Source: Eledone cirrhosa
Taxonomy: Eukaryota
DNA: 64,000 nucleotides
Direction: 5' to 3'
NCBI GenBank assembly: GCA_964016885.1
Contig: OZ024743.1
Coordinates: 84,196,001-84,260,000 of the forward strand
Shown here in pieces: positions 11,369 through 25,110 of this stretch. Position numbers and translations under genes: made by a program. Below the pieces are notes generated by a model. The model was not told the origin of the DNA and searched no databases. It worked only from the letters and a program-made list of their open reading frames with translations. Position 1 is the stretch's first letter; each line of letters begins with the position of its first letter.

Positions 11369-12299
11369 CTGGAAAAACACATGATAGATTCTCATTATTA
11401 CAAAAAGCTCCACTACACCCCTTGGGATTCTTCATTATAATATTGTCTCCTCACTCTACCTGTATTACTACTACTACAATAGTCTTTGCTCCTCTTAACT
11501 AGTTTATTACAATAGCTATTCCACCCTCACCCACTCAATACATGTCTCCATCTCTTAGTTCACACACTGTGTCTCACTCACTCCCTACCTTACTCTATTT
11601 AATCCTTCTCCTTCAATAATTCACGGTAAACATGGTTGGTGTTAGGAAGAGCATCCAGCTGTAAAAAAACCCAGTCAAAAAACAGTTCCACTTGAGCAAG
11701 GTACAGTGCAGCCAACTGGCTAGACATGTCTCATAATGTGGACAACCTGTCTAACCCATGCATGTGTGAAAAAAATAAATGTTAAACAGTAATGATGATG
11801 ATGGTGACACCTGCCCTCCTTTCAGATGGGACAATCTATTAAATCCCCTACACCTGTCCTCCCTCCAGAAGGGGCAGTTTATTAATGCCCCCCACACCCT
11901 CGATGTGCCGTCTACACACACACACTGCGTCAGTATTCCTTTTTGACAAATGTTCTAACAATATTGCTTTTCACTAATCTCAGATAGAAGAATTCTTTAC
12001 AGTATTCATTCCAGCTCTCTGAAAGTTAGATTCAAATCCTAACTTTGGAGAGCAGCTCTGCCTTTCACCCTTTTGAGGTCGATAATACAAGTATCAGTCT
12101 AGTCAAATACTAGAGCCAATTCTTCCTCTATGTTACTTTTTCACTTTCTCTCTATCACTCTCTCTCTCCTTCTCTGTAAGAACTTGGCTGTGCTCAGAGC
12201 TGGAGAGGTATGGGCTCCACTGGGTTTAAAGTATCACAGTGCCACCCCTATGACTGAGCCAGGAATTACAGCTACACATACATAAATACATGATGGCTG

Positions 12300-12665
12300 C
12301 AAACTCTGTCAAGAGTATTGCAATCACTTGTCAGATTAAGATGTGTGATGCTCGGATATTGCTTTTCAAGCCTGCTAGAGGCTTGCACTCCTTCACACAC
12401 TGACAACAACTATGGATCTCCCTGGCTTGAGGTCTTGCATCAGGTTGCCCGTGAACCCTGACAACACCATGGAAATCATTGTTCACTGGTTCTCTCTTAA
12501 CATGGCTGTGACTGTGGCTTCTGAGACCAGATTTGCTCAAGCAAATTTTTCCACACTCAGGACACTTCAATTCAATGGAGACACCGATCGTTTCGAGAGA
12601 TACACCAGGGCATTGCTTACGCACATCCCGTTTGATCTTCTCGTGCTCTATGCGTCTGTCCTCAA
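12300..12665 (-). mobile_element. Non-LTR (RTE-like) ORF C-terminal fragment with two C2H2-like fingers
   Basis: CPECGKICLSKSGLRSH..H and C.QC.KECKPLAGLKSN...H after a basic stretch, matching the C..C.+.C.S..GL.SH pattern of RTE C-termini; no splice context. Confidence 0.6.
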
Positions 12666-13189
12666 CTCACATACATACATGCATACATACATACACGTTA
12701 ATAAAAAAATAATTGTTTCTACATTTGGCACAAGGCCAGCAATTTGAAAAGAAAGGGAAAATAGATTAAATCAACCCCGGCATATTACTGGTACTTTATT
12801 TTATTGACCTCATAAGGTTGAAAAGCAAAACCAATTTTGGCGAGATTTGAACTCAGAACTTAAAGGGCTGTAACTATATACCAGAAATTATGATAGTTTC
12901 CATAGACAGGAGACCACAAGGGAAAAATATAGATGATTACTCTTGGGTCCCAAACAATAGGGAGGTTGGAATACCCATGAGTATTCATTTCTCGGAGAAA
13001 TGAAATAGAAAGTTGGTATTAAAGGGACTAGCCACCAGGCTACCAATTCTGTTATCTACCACCACATAATAATAATTATTTCTAATTTAGACACAAGGAC
13101 AGAAATTTGGGGCAAGGGAAAAGTAAGTTATATCAACCCCTAGTACTTGATTGGTAACTTTAGTTTATCAACCCTGGAAGGATGGAATA

Positions 13190-13405
13190 TGGTGATGATG
13201 ATGGTGATAAGAGTTTTTATGATGATGACAATGACAATCATGATGATGATGATGGTGGTGGTGGTGGTGGTGGTGGTGGTGGTGGTGGTGGTGGTGGTGG
13301 TGGTGGTGGTGGTGGTGGTGGTGGTGGTGGTGGTGGTAGTGGTGGTGGTGATGTTGATGGTGATAAGAGTTTCTATGATGATGACAATGACAATGATGAT
13401 GATGG

Positions 13406-13439
<34 letters not shown>

Positions 13440-14116
13440 GTTGGTGGTGGTGGTGGTAGTGGTGGTGGTGTTGTTGGTGGTGGTGGTGGTGGTGGTGGTG
13501 GTGGTGGTGGTGGTGGTGGTGGTGGTGGTGGTGGTGGTGGTGGTGGTGGTGGTGGTAGTGGTGGTGGTGTTGGTGGTGGTGGTGGTGGTGGTGGTGGTGG
13601 TGGTGGTGGTGGTGGTGGTGGTGGTGGTGGTGGTGGTGGTAGTGGTGGTGGTGTTGGTGGTGGTGGTGGTGTTGGTGGTGGTGGTGGTGGTGGTGGTAGT
13701 GGTGGTGGTGTTGGTGGTGGTGGTGGTGTTGGTGGTGGTGGTGGTGGTGTTGTTGGTGGTGGTGGTGTTGGTGGTGGTGGTGTTGGTGTTGGTGGTGGTG
13801 GTGGTGGTGGTGGTAGTGGTGGTGGTGGTGGTGGTGGTGGTGGTGTTGGTGGTGGTGGTGGTGGTGTTGGTGGTGGTGGTGGTGTTGGTGGTGGTGGTGG
13901 TGGTGTTGTTGGTGGTGGTGGTGTTGGTGGTGGTGGTGTTGGTGTTGGTGGTGGTGGTGGTGGTGGTGGTAGTGGTGGTGGTGTTGGTGGTGGTGGTGGT
14001 GTTGGTGGTGGTGGTGGTGGTGTTGGTGGTGGTGGTGGTGGTGGTGGTGGTAGTGGTGGTGGTGATGTTGATGGTGATAAGAGTTTCTATGATGATGACA
14101 ATGATGATGATGGTGA

Positions 14117-14150
<34 letters not shown>

Positions 14151-14200
14151 GTTGTTGGTGGTGGTGGTGGTGGTGGTGGTGGTGGTAGTGGTGGTGGTGG

Positions 14201-14232
<32 letters not shown>

Positions 14233-14430
14233 ATGATGATCGTGGTGGTGGTGATGTTGGTAATTGTGATGGTGATGTTGATGATGATGATGATGGTGGT
14301 GATGATGGCGATGTTGATGATGATGGTGATGATGATGATGGTGGTGGTGGTGATTATGATGATGATGATGATGAGGATGATGATGATGATGAGGAGGAGG
14401 AGGAGGAGGAGGAGGGGGAGGAGGGTGATT
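13190..14430 (+). repeat. (GGT)n/(GAT)n compound trinucleotide repeat
   Basis: Direct inspection; internal marker gataagagttt.tatgatgatgacaatg occurs three times. Confidence 0.95.
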
Positions 14431-14559
14431 AAAATGCTTCAAAACCCAGCTTCATCCTCATCCTCATCATCATCAGCAGCAGCAACATCGTTGTCATTCT
14501 CATCGTCATCATCATTGTCGTCATCATTATCATTGTCATCATTGTCATCATCAACATCA

Positions 14560-15980
14560 TCGTTACCAACATCATCATCATCATCAACGTTTAACGTCCA
14601 TCTTCCACGCGAGCATGAGTTAGACGGGACTAGTCCCACTTGAGGCAAGAATGGTCGGGTGACCGTGTCTCGCTCGTATAGGACTGTCTGGCAGGTTTTC
14701 TATGGCTGGATGCCCTTCCTAACACCAACCACATTTACAGTGTGGACTGGGAGGTTTTTACTGCATCTCCTACACAACCACTTTACAGTGTGGACTGTGT
14801 GTTTTTTTGTTGTGACCCCTACACGATCTCTTTAGTTTGGACTGGATGTTGTGGTACCAACATAACTTTACAGAGAAAGGGTGGTGTTGGTGGGAGTGGA
14901 AGGATGGAGTAATGGGTTGGGGTGCATATTTGGTTTGGAGGAGTCTACTGACTGTAGGTTAATTTTGCACGTAGGGAAGGCGGGTCTTCTGAATTTCTGC
15001 GTGGCACCAAAGTTCTCGGTCCAGTGACATGGTCTTAGAGAGGTGTATGTGTGCAGGGTCGGATTTTATCACATCGTCTCAGGTTTTTCTGGGTCTACCT
15101 ACTCCGTAACTACCATCAATTTTGATCGCCCTGCTCTTTTTTATACAGCTGTCGTCTTTCATGTGCATCACGTGACCATACCAATGTAATCTTCTCTCAA
15201 GTAAACAGCATCTGATCCCTCTTATTCCTAATTTCTCACTTAGTTCATTTATGCTTTGCCGTTCGCGTATATTACTATTACACATCCAACGGAGCATGCA
15301 TGCTTCGTTCCTTTCCAATCTGCGCAGGTCCTCTGCACACAATACCCATGTCTCACTGCCATGTAACATTGCTGTTCGAATACAAACATCATACAATCTG
15401 CTTTTCACTTTTAGAGAGAAATCTTTTGTGGCCAACAGCAGTATTAGCTCTGTGAACTTTTTCCATCCTGTTTTAACTCTGGCTACTGTACTTTCAGAGC
15501 ACCCTCCACCACTGCTGATTTTGTCACCCAGGTAATGGAAAGTGTCCACTATTTCTATAGAACCATCTAGACAGTAGAAGGAGCTAGTATCCGGTGGGCA
15601 CTTGCTACTTATTGCACCTGAGCATTGGCCACATATAAAATCTACATTCTTAGATAGCTTACCTGTGATGCCACTACATCTTTTATGTACCCATAGTTTG
15701 CATTTGGGGCATAGAATGGAATTTCTACCTACTCCTTTCCTACACACTGAGCATGGCCATTTCCCTGAGGGCACCTGTGCCCTATTTTCCTTTCTACATA
15801 CTAGAACTTTAGTCTTAGACAAGTTAACTTTAAGGCCTTTTGATTCTAGGCCATGCTTCCATGTTTGGAATTTCTTCTCTAGTTTAGCCATAGATTCAGC
15901 TATGAGAGTTAGAACATCTGCATATAGAAGTTCCCATGGGAAGCCGGTCTAAAACTCCTCTGTTATAGCCTGAAGAGCTA
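14560..15980 (-). mobile_element. RTE-clade non-LTR retrotransposon, 5'-truncated (RT C-terminus, PHD-like Cys cluster, 3' UTR, (GAT)n tail)
   Basis: [22 protein letters not shown]....C..C..WVHKRC, FHYLGD, MLHGSETW, RLHWYGHV, GRPRKT; UTR ends gacgttaaacg(atg)n. Confidence 0.9.
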
Positions 15981-16041
15981 AGGACGGAGCCTTGATGAAC
16001 ACCTACTTTTACGCTAAACTCTTCATTATATACATTGTTAA

Positions 16042-16175
<134 letters not shown>

Positions 16176-16330
16176 AAGCAAAGAAAATTTCAATAATACA
16201 AAAAAGATTTCCTGGTGGAAGTTCAGGTGTACTGTGGGTTGGTATCCAGTTTCGGAGTGAAAATCCAATTAAAACATCCAACGAATTCTGAGAGGTCCAC
16301 GTAAGTGTTGATATATATATATATATATAT

Positions 16331-16777
16331 ATGTAAAAGGTAAACAGAAATAACAACATAACAACACAATCGGTACAGTTTATGGAAGGGATATATTAGG
16401 TTAACATTTGATATAGCAGGAAGATGGTCTTAACGTTTCGGACGCTAGTCCTTCATCAGAAGAAAGAATGAGAAATAAGCTAGATTGAGGGGACAGGTGG
16501 GTTGGAATTGGAAAAAATGTCTTTAGATAAAAATAACAGGTCCATTCATGTTGACATCTCTTGAACATGAATGGATCTGTTATTTTTATCTAAAGACGTT
16601 TTTTCCAATTCCAACCCGCCCGTCCCCTCAATCTATCTTATTTCTCATTCTTTCTTCTGATGAAGGACTAGCGTCCAACACATTAAGACCCTTTTCCTAC
16701 TATATCAAGCGTTAACCTAATATATCCCTTCCATATACTGTACCCATTGTGTTGTTATTTCTGTTTACCTTTTACAT
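16331..16777. repeat. Long imperfect inverted repeat (~215-bp arms), Penelope-like pLTR remnant
   Basis: Arms meet at ~16553-16563; each carries a ctgatgaaggactagcgtcc motif. Confidence 0.85.
16428..16463 (-). ncRNA. Minimal type I hammerhead-ribozyme-like motif
   Basis: Minus strand UCUU-CUGAUGA-A-GGAC-UAGC-GUCC-GAAA-CGUU-AAGA: conserved core boxes, 4-bp helix II, palindromic AACGUU in place of helix III, UCUU/AAGA helix I. Confidence 0.55.
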
Positions 16778-17169
16778 ATATATATATCATCATCATCGTC
16801 ATCATGGACGTTAAACGATGATGATGATGATATACATATATATATATAGTTGAACAAATAAAACAAAATAAACAAAGAGATGCAAAAATACAAAGTCTTA
16901 TTAGGATCGTGCTTAGGAGGAAGTGGAGGAGGGTTTGGTGCTTCAGACAGAAGTCCTTCATCAGGAAATGGAGAGTTTAGATAGGGAAAGAACAGATAGG
17001 TACATGAAAGTTTGGAAAGAATTGATAAGAAGATTAGGGGTGATAGGCGAGTGGTCTGGCATTCAAGAGTGGAGGCCATAGAGGAGGGTCCAGGTGTTTC
17101 ATGGGTATCGTTGTATGTGTGCTGATAGGGGCTTATATATATATATATATACATGTGTATATATATCTA

Positions 17170-17690
17170 TATATCTATACATATATATAAAACTGAAGTT
17201 ATCTGTGTGTGTGTGTCCTAATTTTGGCAAAGTCTATACAAATCCACATTTCTACTCCGATTGACTTCAAACTTGCATTTATATATTCCTTGCGGTCTAA
17301 AGATATTAACTGCAGCTTTGATTTTTCAACTTTCTGTTGTTAAAGGTGTTTTTTTCACTAAAACTTTAAGCCCTTTTTGTCAGTTTGTTCAGCAATTTTG
17401 TCTACAATGTTCAAGAGAGACAACTCTTTAGTATTTTGAAAGAGTTACCTCTTTTATAGACTATATTATCCCTACTTAAATATACATCCTTTAAAATTGT
17501 TGATGGTTACCCCAATAGTAACTCCGAAGCGTTCAGCATCCGATATAACAGTTCAGTCTATATCAGATTGGGTAGATATTTTTTATGATGATGTTTGATT
17601 ACAACTTCAAAAACTATTTACAGTGACAATTAAATTTGCTCCTTCATTGTACGGTGTATTACACAATTTTCTCATACATAGCAGGGTATG
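17170..17690 (+). mobile_element. Possible non-autonomous Helitron-like element
   Basis: Begins TCTATAC..ATATAAAACTG followed by a (GT)n microsatellite, a layout typical of invertebrate Helitrons; no clear 3' CTAG seen. Confidence 0.3.
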
Positions 17691-18286
17691 TATATATTGT
17701 TTTGTCGTGTCTCTTACTCCACAGACAGTCATAACATCAGTCATAACAACAATCATAACAACGATCATAACAACAGTCATAACAACAAGCATAACCAGAC
17801 ATAACATCAGTCATAACAACAGTCATAACATCAGACATCACAACAGTCTTAACAGTCATAACAACAGATATCATCATCACCGTTTTACGTCCGTTCTTCC
17901 ACGTTAGCATGGGTTATATAACAACAGTTATAACAATAGTCATAACAACAGTCATAACAACAGTCATAACAATAGTCATAACAACAGTTATAACAACAGA
18001 CAACAACAGTCATAATAACAATTATAACAACAGACAACAACAGTCGAAACAACAGTCATAACAACAGACAACAACAGTCCTTATAGCAGTAGTCATCATA
18101 AGTCTTAATAACTGTTTCTCCTTCAGGCACGAGGCCATCAATTCAAAGGCAAGGGAAAAGGCGATTAAATCAACCCCAGTGCATTACTGGTATTTTATTT
18201 TATCGACCAGCCCCCAACAAGGATGAAAGGCAAAGCTAACCACAGAGATCACAACAATAACCACAGTCTTCTTAGCAACAGTCAGT

Positions 18287-18472
18287 GTGGATTGGCAGTA
18301 TCGGTAGAGGGTCGGACGCCATGCTTAGCAGCAAAGAGTTACGGCACTTTATGGTTTGAGTTCAAATCCTACCAAGGTTAACTTTGCCTTTCATCCTTAC
18401 GGGGTCAATAAAATAAAGTACCAGTAATGCACTTGGATAATTGCTGGCCTTGTGCCAAAAGTAGAAACAATT
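18287..18472 (+). mobile_element. SINE family A heading the large minisatellite (an inverted partial copy lies at ~18110-18240)
   Basis: Consensus match; its 3' end runs directly into satellite units. Confidence 0.85.
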
Positions 18473-20091
18473 ATAATAACAGGGATAGCAACAGTCATTA
18501 CAATAACAGAGATAGCAACAGTCATTACAATAACAGAGATAGCAAGAGTCAGTACAATAACCGAGATAGCAACAGTCATTAGAATAACAGGGATAGCAAG
18601 AGTCAGTATAATAACCGAGATAGCAACAGTTATTATAATAACAAGGATAGCAACAGTCATTATAATAACAGGGATAGCAACAGTCATTACAATAACAGAG
18701 ATAGCAAGAGTCAGTACAATAACCGAGATAGCAACAGTTATTATAATAACAAGGATAGCAACAGTCATTATAATAACAGGGATAGCAACAATTATAATAA
18801 CAGGGATAGCAACAGTCATTATAATAACAGAGATAGCAACAGTCATTATAATAACAGGGATAGCAACAGTTATTAGAATAACAAGGATAGCAACAGGCAT
18901 TACAATAACAGAGATAGCAACAGTCATTATAATAACAGGGATAGCAACAGTCATTATAATAACAGAGATAGCAACAGTTATAATAACAGGGATAGCAACA
19001 GTTATGGTAACAGGGATAGTAACAGTCATTATAATAATAGAGATAGCAACAGTCATTATAATAACAGAGATAGCAACAGTTATTATAATAGCAGTGATAG
19101 CAACAGTTACTATACTAACAGGGATAGCAACAGTTATTATAATAACAGAGATAGCAACAGTCATTATAATAACAGGGATAGCAACAGTCATTATAATAAC
19201 AGAGTGCAACAGTTATAGTAACAGGGATAACAACAGTTATAATAACAGGGATAGCAACAGTTATAATAACAGAGATAGCAAGAGTCATTATAATAACAGA
19301 GATAGCAACAGTCATTATAATAACAGGGGTAGCAACAGTTACTATAAAAACAAGGATAGCAACAGTCATTATAATAACAGAGATAGCAACAGTTATTATA
19401 ATAACAGGGATAGAAACAGTCATTATAATAACAGAGATAGCAACAGTTATAATAACAGAGATAGCTACAGTCATTATAATAACAGATAGCAACAGTTATA
19501 ATAACAGAGATAGCAACAGTTATAATAACAGGGATAGCAACAGTCATTATTATAAAAGAGATAGCAAGAATCATTAGAATAACAGGGATAGCAACAGTCA
19601 TTATAATAACAGGGATAGCAACAGTTACTATAATAACAGGGATAGCAACAGTCAATATAATAACAGAGATAGCAACAGTTATAATAACAGGGATAGCAAC
19701 AGTCATTACTATAAAAGAGATAGCAACAATCATTAGAATAACAGGGATAGCAACAGTCATTATAATAACAGGGATAGCAACAGTTACTATAATAACAGGG
19801 ATAGCAACAGTCAATATAATAACAGAGATAGCAACAGTCATTATAATAACAGAGATAGCAACAGTTATAATAACAGAGATAGCAACAGTCATTATAATAA
19901 CAGAGATAGCAACAGTTGTAATAACAGAGATAGCAACAGTTACTATACTAACAGGGATAGCAACAGTTATTATAATAACAAGGATAGCAACAGTCAATAT
20001 AATAACAGGGATAGCAACAGTTACTATAATAACAGGGATAGCAACAGTCATTATAATAACAGAGATATCAACATTATTATAATAACATAAT

Positions 20092-20282
20092 TAGGGGGGT
20101 GAATTGGCAGTATCGGTAGAGGGTCGGACGCCATGCATTCCAGCATAGTTACGTCCCTTTACGGTGTGAGTTCAAATCCCGTCGAGGTTAACTTTGCCTT
20201 TCATCATTACGAGGTCGATAAAATAAAGTACCTCTAATGTACTGGGTATTTGCTGGCCTTGTGCCAAAAAGTAGAAACAATT
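20092..20282 (+). mobile_element. SINE family A inside minisatellite
   Basis: Consensus match. Confidence 0.85.
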
Positions 20283-21721
20283 ATAATAACAGGGATAGCA
20301 ACAGTCATTACAATAACAGAGATAGCAAAAGTCATTATAATAACAGGGATAGCAACAGTCAATATAATAACAGGGATAGCAACAGTCATTATAATAAGAG
20401 AGAGCAACAGTTATAATAACAGGGATAGCAACAGTTATAATAACAGGGATAGCAACAGTCATTATAATAACAGAGAGCAACAGTTATAATAACAGGGATA
20501 GCAACAGTTATAATAACAGGGATAGCAACAGTCATTATAATAACAGAGAGCAACAGTTATAATAACAGGGATAGCAACAGTTATAATAACAGGGATAGCA
20601 ACAGTCATTATAATAATAGAGATAGCAACAGTCATTATAATAACAGAGATAGCAACAGTCATTATAATAACAGAGTGCAACAGTTATAGTAACAGGGATA
20701 GCAACAGTTATTATAATAATAGAGAGAGCAACAGTCGTTATAATAACAGAGATAGCAACAGTTATAATAACAGAGATAGCAACAGTCGTTATAATAACAG
20801 AGATAGAAACAGTCATTATAATAACAGGGGTAGCAACAGTTATTATAATAACAGGGATAGCAACAGTCATTATAATAACAGAGATAGCAACAGTTATTAT
20901 CATAACAGGGATAGCAACAGTCATTACAATAACAGGGATAGAAACAGTCATTATAATAACAGAGATAGCAACAGTTATTATAATAACAGGGATAGCAACA
21001 GGCATTACAATACAGGGATAGAAACAGTCATTATAATAACAGAGATAGCAACAGTTATAATAACAGAGGTAGCAACAGTCATTATAATAACAGATAGCAA
21101 CAGTTATAATAACAGAGATAGCAACAGTTATAATAACAGGGATAGCAACAGTTATTATAATAACAAGGATAGCAACAGTCATTATAATAACAGGGATAGC
21201 AACAGTTATTATAATAACATGGATAGCAACAGTTATAATAACAGAGATAGCAACAGTCATTATAGTAACAGATAGCAACAGTTATAATAACAGAGATAGC
21301 AACAGTTATAATAACAGGGAGAGCAACAGTTATTATAATAACAAGGATAGCAACAGTCATTATAATAACAGGGATAACAACAGTCATTATAATAACAGAG
21401 ATAGCAACAGTTATAATAACAGAGATAGCAACAGTTATTAGAATAATAAGGATAGCAACAGTCATTACAATAACAGAGATAGCAACAGTCATTTTAATAA
21501 CAGGGATAGCAACAGTCATTATAATAACAGAGATAGCAACAGTCATTACAATAAAATAGATAGCAACAATCATTAGAATATCAGGGATAGCAACAGTCAT
21601 TATAATAACAGAGATAGCAACAGTTACTATATAACAGGGATAGCAACAGTTATTATAATAATGAGGGATAGTAACAGTCATTATAATAACAGAGATAGCA
21701 AGATTATTATAATAACATAAT

Positions 21722-21912
21722 TAGGGCGGTGAATTGGCAGTATCGGTAGAGGCTCGGACGCCATGCATTCCAGCATAGTTATGTCCCTTTATAGTGTGAA
21801 TTCAAAACCCGTGGAGGTTAACTTTGCCTTTCATCATTACGGGGTCGATAAAATAAAGTACCAGTAATGTACTGGGCATTTGCTGGCCTTGTGCCAAAAA
21901 GTAGAAACAATT
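21722..21912 (+). mobile_element. SINE family A inside minisatellite
   Basis: Consensus match; shares private variants with the 24921 copy. Confidence 0.85.
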
Positions 21913-24900
21913 ATTATAATAACAGGGATAGCAACAGTCATTATAATAACAGGGATAGCAACAGTCATTATAATAACAGAGATAGCAACAGTTATAATAA
22001 CAGGGATAGCAACAGTCATTAGAATAACAGAGATAGCAACAGTCATTATAATAACAGAGATAGCAACAGTCATTAGAATAACAGAGATAGCAACAGTTAT
22101 AATAACAGGGATATCAACAGTCATTAGAATAACAGGGATAGCAACAGTCATTATAATAACAGGGATAGCAACAGTCATTATAATAACAGAGATAGCAACA
22201 GTTATAATAACAGGGATAGCAACAGTCATTAGAATAACAGAGATAGCAACAGTCATTATAATAACAGGGATAACAACAGTCATTATAATAAAAGAGATAG
22301 CAACAGTTATCATAATAACAGCGATAGCAACAGTTATTATAATAACAGAGGTAGCAACAGTTATTATAATAACAGCGATAGCAACAGTTATTATAATAAC
22401 AGGGATAGCAACAGTCATTATAATAACAGGGATAGCAACAGTCGTTACAATAACAGGGATAGCAACAGTCATTAGAATAACAGAGATAGCAACAATCATT
22501 AGAATAACAGAGATAGCAACAGTCATTGTAAAAACAGGGATAGCAACAGTCATAATAACAGAGATAGCAACAGTCATTATAATAACAGAGATAGCAACAG
22601 TCATTATAATAACAGAGATAGCAACAGTTATTATAATAACAGCGATAGCAACAGTTATTATAACAGGGATAGCAACAGTCATTGTAAAAACAGGGATAGC
22701 AACAGTCATAATAACAGAGATAGCAACAGTTATTATAATAACAGAGTAGCAACAGTCATTATAATAACAGAGATAGCAACAGTTATTATAATAACAGCGA
22801 TAGCAACAGTTATTATAATAACAGAGGTAGCAACAGTTATTATAATAACAGCGATAGCAACAGTTATTATAATAACAGGGATAGCAACAGTCATTATAAT
22901 AACAGGGATAGCAACAGTCATTACAATAAAAGAGATAGCAACAATCATTAGAATAACAGGGATAGCCACAGTCATTATAATAACAGGGATAGCAACAGTC
23001 ATAATAACAGAGATAGCAACAGTTACTATAATAACAGGGATAGCAACAGTCAATATAATAACAGAGATAGCAATAGTCATTATAATAACAGAGATAGCAA
23101 CAGTTATAATAACAGAGATAGCAACAGTTACTATACTAACAGGGATAGCAACAGTTATTATAATAACAGGGATAGCAACAGTCATTATAATAACAGAGAT
23201 AGCAACAGTCATTGTAAAAACAGGGATAGCAACAGTCATAATAACAGAGATAGCAACAGTCATTATAATAAGAGAGATAGCAACAGTCATTATAATAACA
23301 GAGATAGCAACAGCCATTATAATAACAGAGATAGCAACAGTTATAATAACAGAGATAGCAACAGTCATTACAATAACAGAGAGCAACAGTTATAATAACA
23401 GGGATAGCAACAGTTATAATAACAGGGATAGCAACAGTCATTATAATAATAGAGATAGCAAGAGTCATTATAATAACAGAGATAGCTACAGTTATAATAA
23501 CAGAGATAGCAAGAGTCATTATAATAGCAGTGATAGCAACAGTTACTATACTAACAGGGATAGCAACAGTCAATATAATAACAGAGATAGCAACAGTCAT
23601 TATAATAACAGGGATAGCAACAGTCATTATAATAACAGGGATAGCAACAGTCATTATAATCACAGAGATAGCTACAGTCATTATAATAACAGGGATAACA
23701 ACAGTTACTATAATAACATGGATAGCAACAGTTATAATAACAGATATAGCAACAGTCATTATAGTAACAGATAGCAACAGTTATAATAACAGAGATAGCA
23801 ACAGTTATAATAACAGGGAGAGCAACAGTTATTATAATAACAAGGATAGCAACAGTCATTATAATAACAGGGATAACAACAGTCATTATAATAACAGGGA
23901 TAGCAACAGTCATTATAATAACAGAGATAGCAACAGTCATTATAATAACAGAGTGCAACAGTTATAGTAACAGGGATAGCAACAGTTATTATAATAATAG
24001 AGAGAGCAACAGTCGTTATAATAACAGAGATAGCAACAGTTATAATAACAGAGATAGCAACAGTCGTTATAATAACAGAGATAGAAACAGTCATTATAAT
24101 AACAGGGGTAGCAACAGTTACTATAAAAACAAGGATAGCAACAGTCATTATAATAACAGAGATAGCAACAGTTATTATAATAACAGGGATAGCAACAGTC
24201 ATTACAATAACAGGGATAGAAACAGTCATTATAATAACAGAGATAGCAACAGTTATAATAACAGAGGTAGCAACAGTCATTATAATAACAGATAGCAACA
24301 GTTATAATAACAGAGATAGCAACAGTTATAATAACAGGGATAGCAACAGTTATTATAATAACAAGGATAGCAACAGTCATTATAATAACAGGGATAGCAA
24401 CAGTTACTATAATAACATGGATAGCAACAGTTATAATAACAGAGATAGCAACAGTCATTATAGTAACAGATAGCAACAGTTATAATAACAGAGATAGCAA
24501 CAGTTATAATAACAGGGAGAGCAACAGTTATTATAATAACAAGGATAGCAACAGTCATTATAATAACAGGGATAACAACAGTCATTATAATAACAGAGAT
24601 AGCAACAGTTATAATAACAGAGATAGCAACAGTTATTAGAATAATAAGGATAGCAACAGTCATTACAATAACAGAGATAGCAACAGTCATTTTAATAACA
24701 GGGATAGCAACAGTCATTATAATAACAGAGATAGCAACAGTCATTACAATAAAATAGATAGCAACAATCATTAGAATATCAGGGATAGCAACAGTCATTA
24801 TAATAACAGAGATAGCAACAGTTACTATAATAACAGGGATAGCAACAGTTATTATAATAATGAGGGATAGTAACAGTCATTATAATAACAGAGATAGCAA

Positions 24901-24920
24901 CATTATTATAATAACATAAT

Positions 24921-25110
24921 TAGGGCGGTGAATTCGCAGTATCGGTAGAGGCTCGGACGCCATGCATTCCAGCATAGTTATGTCCCTTTATAGTGTGAAT
25001 TCAAAACCCGTGGAGGTTAACTTTGCCTTTCATCATTACGGGGTCGATAAAATAAAGTACCAGTAATGTACTGGACATTTGCTGGCCTTGTGCCAAAAAG
25101 TAGAAACAAT
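24921..25110 (+). mobile_element. SINE family A inside minisatellite
   Basis: Near-identical to the 21722 copy. Confidence 0.85.

Noticed and set aside
12331-12624. Member of the cephalopod C2H2 zinc-finger gene expansion
   Set aside because: No TGEKP linkers, degenerate second finger, and the motif and abrupt 5' truncation fit an RTE C-terminus
13147-14643. 498-aa poly-Val, 424-aa poly-His and 416-aa poly-Gly/Asp ORFs
   Set aside because: Single-codon (GGT)n/(GAT)n repeat open in several frames, starts inside a SINE remnant, no codon diversity
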